Virus record (IMG/VR): IMGVR_UViG_3300045988_055078
Span: 1-45,034 of that record
DNA from: a virus
Strand: one strand, 5' to 3'
DNA: 45,034 nt
This document shows, piece by piece, positions 41,347-45,034 of the stretch (its first letter is position 1; each line of letters starts with the position of its first letter). The position numbers and the translations under genes are program-made. Below the pieces are notes generated by a model. That model had not been told where the DNA came from. It did not search any database and saw only the letters and a program-made list of their open reading frames with translations.

Positions 41347-41742
41347 CTAGCTGTGCAGTTCCCCGCCGTGCGTGTCTATGTAGCTCTTTAACTTGCCGTA
41401 TGAGGCCCACGGTGAGCCGCTGTAGACCGTAACTGCAAGTACAGCTAACTCATCAAGGGTAAAAGCGTGCTGCCGTCCTGAGCCGCTCAGCAGCTCCTCG
41501 GGCGTGGTGTGCAGTGCGGCCGCAAGCGATTCCAGGTGATCCCCTTTGGGGCGCGTGGTGCCCTTGATCCAGCTGTAGACCGTGGCGTGCTTAACCCCGA
41601 CCGCCCTGGCCCCCTCGCAAATCCCGCCGCATTCTGCGAGCCTGGCCTTGATCTGGCAGCCCAGAGGATCGCTCGTCACGATAGAGCATCTACCTTTTCT
41701 CACGGTCCCGCCTCCACTTGCGCAGCGCCTCTCCGCAGGCAT
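41347..41742 (-). CDS. HTH DNA-binding protein (start probably internal, near 41679-41697)
   Basis: ARLAECGGICEGARAVGVKHATVYSWIKG is HTH-like. The annotated 5' end overlaps the upstream gene. Confidence 0.55.
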   Translation of the reverse strand: MPAERRCASGGGTVRKGRCSIVTSDPLGCQIKARLAECGGICEGARAVGVKHATVYSWIKGTTRPKGDHLESLAAALHTTPEELLSGSGRQHAFTLDELAVLAVTVYSGSPWASYGKLKSYIDTHGGELHS

Positions 41743-41851
41743 CCAGCGTCATGACAATCAACGTTGCTGCGGCGATGGTCGCTGCAACCATGCCTCCGAT
41801 CAGCGCGATGACGCCGATCCAACCTAACAGTTTAAGCAAAATCATCCCCAT
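41690..41851 (-). CDS. Small membrane protein (53 aa)
   Basis: GGAGGGA, 6 nt, ATG. MGMILLKLLGWIGVIALIGGMVAATIAAATLIVM. Confidence 0.55.
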   Translation of the reverse strand: MGMILLKLLGWIGVIALIGGMVAATIAAATLIVMTLDACGEALRKWRRDREKR

Positions 41852-42126
41852 CAGCTGTCCCTCCGCTCCCCATAGCTGCAAAAGTCGGTATCTTTAACGA
41901 CAAACATCCCACTCATGCCGCAAATTTGCGTCCCGTTTACACCTGTCACCCAAGTGCATTGCCCGATACACTCCCGGCACCTCACCACCGGCACGGCGTC
42001 CACGGTGGGGGCCTTATCAACCGATCTTCGCATATCCCGAAACGGTACGAGCAGCAGCCCATCCTCGTACACCCCGTACTCAAATCTTAAGTCCAGCTTA
42101 TTGGCATCAATCAGCCTTTGTTCCAT
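41851..42126 (-). CDS. Hypothetical Cys-containing protein (91 aa)
   Basis: GGAGGTG, 6 nt, ATG. MEQRLIDANKL..APTVDAVPVVRCRECIGQC shares a motif with 42676..43422. Confidence 0.55.
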   Translation of the reverse strand: MEQRLIDANKLDLRFEYGVYEDGLLLVPFRDMRRSVDKAPTVDAVPVVRCRECIGQCTWVTGVNGTQICGMSGMFVVKDTDFCSYGERRDS

Positions 42127-42141
42127 CTTCCACACCTCCTA

Positions 42142-42225
42142 CTAATTTTCCAAATAAAGCCAAAAGAACCATGCCACAAAAATGATCGTGACCATCATGC
42201 CCATAAAAGCCCATCCGTCCATCAT
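42142..42225 (-). CDS. Possible hydrophobic micro-protein (27 aa)
   Basis: MMDGWAFMGMMVTIIFVAWFFWLYLEN. The ATG overlaps the upstream TGA (ATGA coupling). Fills an otherwise empty 86-bp gap. Confidence 0.4.
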   Translation of the reverse strand: MMDGWAFMGMMVTIIFVAWFFWLYLEN

Positions 42226-42686
42226 GGCCTCCACGTTATCGTAACGCGCAACTGTCTTCCCAGCCACGCAAGCCCAATATTTGTCAGGTGATATTCGGTC
42301 CCACGTTCATTTTTGTAAATACGGAGCATGTCATATGGCAGTTTATCAAGGATTCTGTTGCCGCCCGGGACGTCCGTGTAGTAGTTGCGGTATGCCCGGT
42401 AAAACGCTTTCCCGTGCCTGTGGTAAGGGCGCTTATAATCCAAGCCGACCATGTGTTTGCATATCTCAATGGCGCGGAGCAGCTCATCTTTTGTCAGGGA
42501 CATTTCGATGCCCATATCACGCCCCATATTACCAAGGGCGGTGTCGTGGGCATCGGACCTTTTTTCGGCCCAGCTTCGGGGATGTTTGCATCCAAGGCCC
42601 CCATCTTCACGGACGATCCCATAGCGGCCTTCCGATTCCGGGCAAACATCTTCCGGGTCGGACAGTGGGCAGCAATCACATCTCAT
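42222..42686 (-). CDS. Hypothetical protein (154 aa)
   Basis: GGAGGTG, 6 nt, ATG at 42686. MRCDCCPLSDPEDVCPESEG... Confidence 0.55.
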   Translation of the reverse strand: MRCDCCPLSDPEDVCPESEGRYGIVREDGGLGCKHPRSWAEKRSDAHDTALGNMGRDMGIEMSLTKDELLRAIEICKHMVGLDYKRPYHRHGKAFYRAYRNYYTDVPGGNRILDKLPYDMLRIYKNERGTEYHLTNIGLAWLGRQLRVTITWRP

Positions 42687-43422
42687 TGTCGGCACCTCCA
42701 GTCTCTTGCAAATACTCACACCACGGGACGCACTGCCACAAAACGGGGCAGTCTGCTTCGTAGTGGGTAACATCGGTAACGTAGCGCTGTGCATATACAA
42801 ACACCCAGCCTTTTCCATTCCACGCCACCACTTCCGGGCGGAAGGGCGAGAACGGGTTATCCTTGTACCAGCCCAAAACAGGCACGTTTTTCTCCGGCAT
42901 CCGCACATCTACCGGAATCCCCCTTGACTGTTCCAACGCCTCCATGCCCATCCGGCAGGCTTCGTTTACCTCTTCCATGCCATCATAATGTTCCCGGTGG
43001 TCGGGGTTCAGAATTTCGATTGCTCGTTCAATCGTCATGTTTTTGCCTCCGTCCTCGTCGTTCTCCATCTTCGCCCCGCAGTTGGGGCAGTATTTCGACA
43101 GAACAAACTCGTCGTTGCAGTCATACACGGCTTCCTCTTTGCAGACAGAGCAGATATATCCACCAATCGGGTCTCGTCCTGCAACTGCGGGGTCCCATCC
43201 GGTCATCTCGCTTTCCCGGATAGGTATCCACCGCCCATGCACCACTGGCGCAACGTCAACGGCTGGGCGGTTCTTGATAAACGACTTAATCGCGCCAATA
43301 GAAGCGAGCTTGTCTCCCACCGCAAACGCTTCACGCCGTTCAATCTCTTGGAGCGCCGCTTCACGCTTAATGTATTCATCCATTGTCAATTCTCCTGTCA
43401 GATCATAAAAAACCATTTCCAA
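42676..43422 (-). CDS. Hypothetical zinc-ribbon-containing protein (248 aa)
   Basis: ..RPAVDVAPVVHGRW..CSVCKEE..CPNCGAKM. Confidence 0.6.
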   Translation of the reverse strand: MEMVFYDLTGELTMDEYIKREAALQEIERREAFAVGDKLASIGAIKSFIKNRPAVDVAPVVHGRWIPIRESEMTGWDPAVAGRDPIGGYICSVCKEEAVYDCNDEFVLSKYCPNCGAKMENDEDGGKNMTIERAIEILNPDHREHYDGMEEVNEACRMGMEALEQSRGIPVDVRMPEKNVPVLGWYKDNPFSPFRPEVVAWNGKGWVFVYAQRYVTDVTHYEADCPVLWQCVPWCEYLQETGGADNEM

Positions 43423-43616
43423 AGCAGCGGGTGCCGCCGGATGCGCTGCACAAGCAGCTGCGCCACCGCCGCATTGACGTTTTCCCAGTTCCCAGTGTCA
43501 ATAACATAGGCATCCGGCGACACCAGCAGCTCCTGCATCAGCACAGAGAAGTCAAATCCACTCAGCCAGCCCTGCACCTTTGCTTTGTTCAGGATTTCCC
43601 GTTTTATGTCAGCCAT
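43398..43616 (-). CDS. Hypothetical protein (72 aa)
   Basis: GGAGGAA upstream of the ATG at 43616. Confidence 0.5.
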   Translation of the reverse strand: MADIKREILNKAKVQGWLSGFDFSVLMQELLVSPDAYVIDTGNWENVNAAVAQLLVQRIRRHPLLWKWFFMI

Positions 43617-44163
43617 TTTCCAATTCCTCCACATAGCACCAGCTTTGCGGTGCTTTAGTAATCGCCGCTGGAATCATGCAATTTTCATCATAGATACAGG
43701 CTGTGCTTTCGTACCCGCTTTTGCTGCATGATTTGCATTTTTTCCAAGTGTGAAATTCTATCAGTTCCTTCGGCTTATCGTAGATTTTAAGGTCGGAGAT
43801 GTGCCAGCCGTAGCCCATTTTCCCATTGCCGAGATAATCAATTATTTGCTTGTCTGTCATGCCAGTGAACGGAAAATCTCTTTGCGCCATCCGATGGCTG
43901 GGGTCAGAATACTCAACACTTATTGGGATGGTCGCATAGCACATAAATTCGCCAATGACTTTGCCTCCGCCATAAAACTGCGGATTTGGATAATCCGTTG
44001 CAATAAAGTCCTCGTGCGGGTACTTCGGCAGCGTGCAGTAGATATAACACTTAAACGGTGTTTCCAGCTTCGGGCGGGTCTTTCTGACCTCCACAGTCTT
44101 CTCGCCGCTGGCGATTTTTCCCGCCCATTCCGGGCGGATGCTGAGCAAAACTGCCTTAGCCAT
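43609..44163 (-). CDS. ASCH-domain (PUA-like) protein with C-terminal Cys cluster
   Basis: [31 protein letters not shown] matches the typical ASCH N-terminus. Confidence 0.7.
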   Translation of the reverse strand: MAKAVLLSIRPEWAGKIASGEKTVEVRKTRPKLETPFKCYIYCTLPKYPHEDFIATDYPNPQFYGGGKVIGEFMCYATIPISVEYSDPSHRMAQRDFPFTGMTDKQIIDYLGNGKMGYGWHISDLKIYDKPKELIEFHTWKKCKSCSKSGYESTACIYDENCMIPAAITKAPQSWCYVEELENG

Positions 44164-44461
44164 CCCGTTTTATCTCCTCTCCGAAGTACCACCGCACCCG
44201 GTCCCGGATGTCTGCCGGAATAGAGGGCTTGAGCGCCCTAGCCCAGGCAAGCACCCGCCATATCGGGTTATCCTTGCCGATGTTGTCGAACTCTGCCCGG
44301 TCTGTATCGTACCAGCCGTATGTGATCTCAATGTCGCCCTTGTGGTCAAGCATCTCCCCGGAAGGCAACGGGTCACTGTCCTGCATTGCCTCCAGGATGA
44401 TGTAATAATCTCCGCTTTCCGGCGGGGCGATTGTGCCTTTAATCCAGTTTACCTCAGCCAT
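44156..44461 (-). CDS. Hypothetical protein (101 aa), DUF551-like by recollection
   Basis: ORF in the chain. [18 protein letters not shown] pattern. Confidence 0.5.
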   Translation of the reverse strand: MAEVNWIKGTIAPPESGDYYIILEAMQDSDPLPSGEMLDHKGDIEITYGWYDTDRAEFDNIGKDNPIWRVLAWARALKPSIPADIRDRVRWYFGEEIKRDG

Positions 44462-45034
44462 TGTACTCTACTGCCTCCTGTCGGTTGATGAAAAAGTGGA
44501 TTCCTGCGGCGCATTCCAGGAAACGGTTATCGCAGAAATCCGGGACGGAAACGGTCTCTCCGACCCTGTATAAAAACTCCTCGTCTCTGTTGCTTGTTAC
44601 GACATCAACATCAGCCTTAGTCCCATCCGGATTCTGGATTTCCAATACGATAGCCTTATCGCACCGGCACTTCCTGCCAGAGGACGAGCTGCGTTTTGCA
44701 TCTTCTGGGATCAACAGCTTTACGATATATCCACGGGCTTTTTTCCAGCCGGTAAAAGAGCCGTTATCCGGGCAAGCCATCGGGACATACGGGATGTTTT
44801 TTGCCCTGGACAGGTCGGCCCTGGACAGGCTGGCCCTGGACAGGTCGGCCCTGGACAGGTTGGCCCCGATCAGTTTGGCCCCGGACAGGCTGGCCCTGGA
44901 CAGGTCGGCCTCGGACAGGTTGGCCCTGGACAGGTCGGCCCCGGACAGGCTGGCCCTGGACAGGTCGGCCTCGGACAGTTTGGCCCCGATCAGTTTGGCC
45001 CCGAACAGTTTGGCCCCGATCAGTTTGGCCCCGA
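44454..45034 (-). CDS. Pentapeptide-repeat protein, C-terminal part (repeats plus ~108-aa non-repeat domain)
   Basis: The frame of ORF 44454..44780 stays open upstream through the repeat array to the window end. The C-terminal domain ends ..[19 protein letters not shown]. Confidence 0.85.
   Translation of the reverse strand, partial: GAKLIGAKLFGAKLIGAKLSEADLSRASLSGADLSRANLSEADLSRASLSGAKLIGANLSRADLSRASLSRADLSRAKNIPYVPMACPDNGSFTGWKKARGYIVKLLIPEDAKRSSSSGRKCRCDKAIVLEIQNPDGTKADVDVVTSNRDEEFLYRVGETVSVPDFCDNRFLECAAGIHFFINRQEAVEYNG
44808..45034. repeat. 15-bp tandem coding repeats (pentapeptide array, right part)
   Basis: 15 units read directly. The last 107 bp duplicate positions 1..107. Confidence 0.95.

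Noticed and set aside
44808-45034. Regular 15-bp repeats at both window ends as a possible CRISPR array or non-coding satellite
   Set aside because: The units are contiguous without spacers. They translate in one open frame into canonical A(D/N)LxX pentapeptides, and are flanked by in-frame non-repeat N- and C-terminal domains.

Overview
The window appears to be a complete, circularly permuted ~44.9-kb temperate siphovirus-type phage (or excised prophage). Strong GGAGG ribosome-binding sites and an amidase_2 + PG_binding_1 endolysin suggest a Gram-positive, Clostridia-like host. The last 107 bp (44928-45034) are identical to the first 107 bp, and a pentapeptide-repeat gene reads in frame across that junction.

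Nearly all genes are on the minus strand. In transcription order:
- Early and replication genes: cro-like gene (10.1 kb), Bro/KilAC antirepressor, small proteins, YqaJ exonuclease, RecT, HNH endonuclease, SSB, RusA, a DnaD-like replisome organizer with ori-like iterons inside it, a DnaC-like loader, and a C5 DNA methyltransferase.
- After the junction: the pentapeptide protein, an ASCH protein, small and zinc-ribbon proteins, and an N6-methylase-like remnant.
- Packaging and head: terS, terL, portal, tRNA-Thr and tRNA-Asn, scaffold, capsid and connectors.
- Tail and lysis: major tail protein, G/GT chaperones with a -1 frameshift, tape measure, baseplate and fibre proteins, holin, amidase and morons.

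The plus strand carries the lysogeny module (zinc-ribbon protein, cI-like repressor, membrane-anchored HTH protein, large serine integrase) and a reversed cassette.

Most unusual observations:
1. A promoter-to-terminator plus-strand cassette lies between terS and terL. It encodes an RHH protein and a very acidic 85-aa protein. It is flanked by 0.4-0.6 kb of non-coding GC-rich DNA, one stretch almost free of A, and by a cluster of AAAGTCG direct repeats.
2. Between terL and portal is an island resembling phage P22 immI, with duplicated RHH-repressor/antirepressor modules and a predicted ~75-nt antisense sRNA.
3. The C5 methyltransferase is split by an 11-bp tandem repeat in an out-of-frame copy number, which looks like phase variation.
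4. An N6-methylase-like gene is interrupted by an in-frame TGA at the Gly of the GQFFTP motif and bracketed by ~100-bp AT-rich direct repeats.

All functional calls rest on motifs read from the translations and on synteny. No database search was possible.
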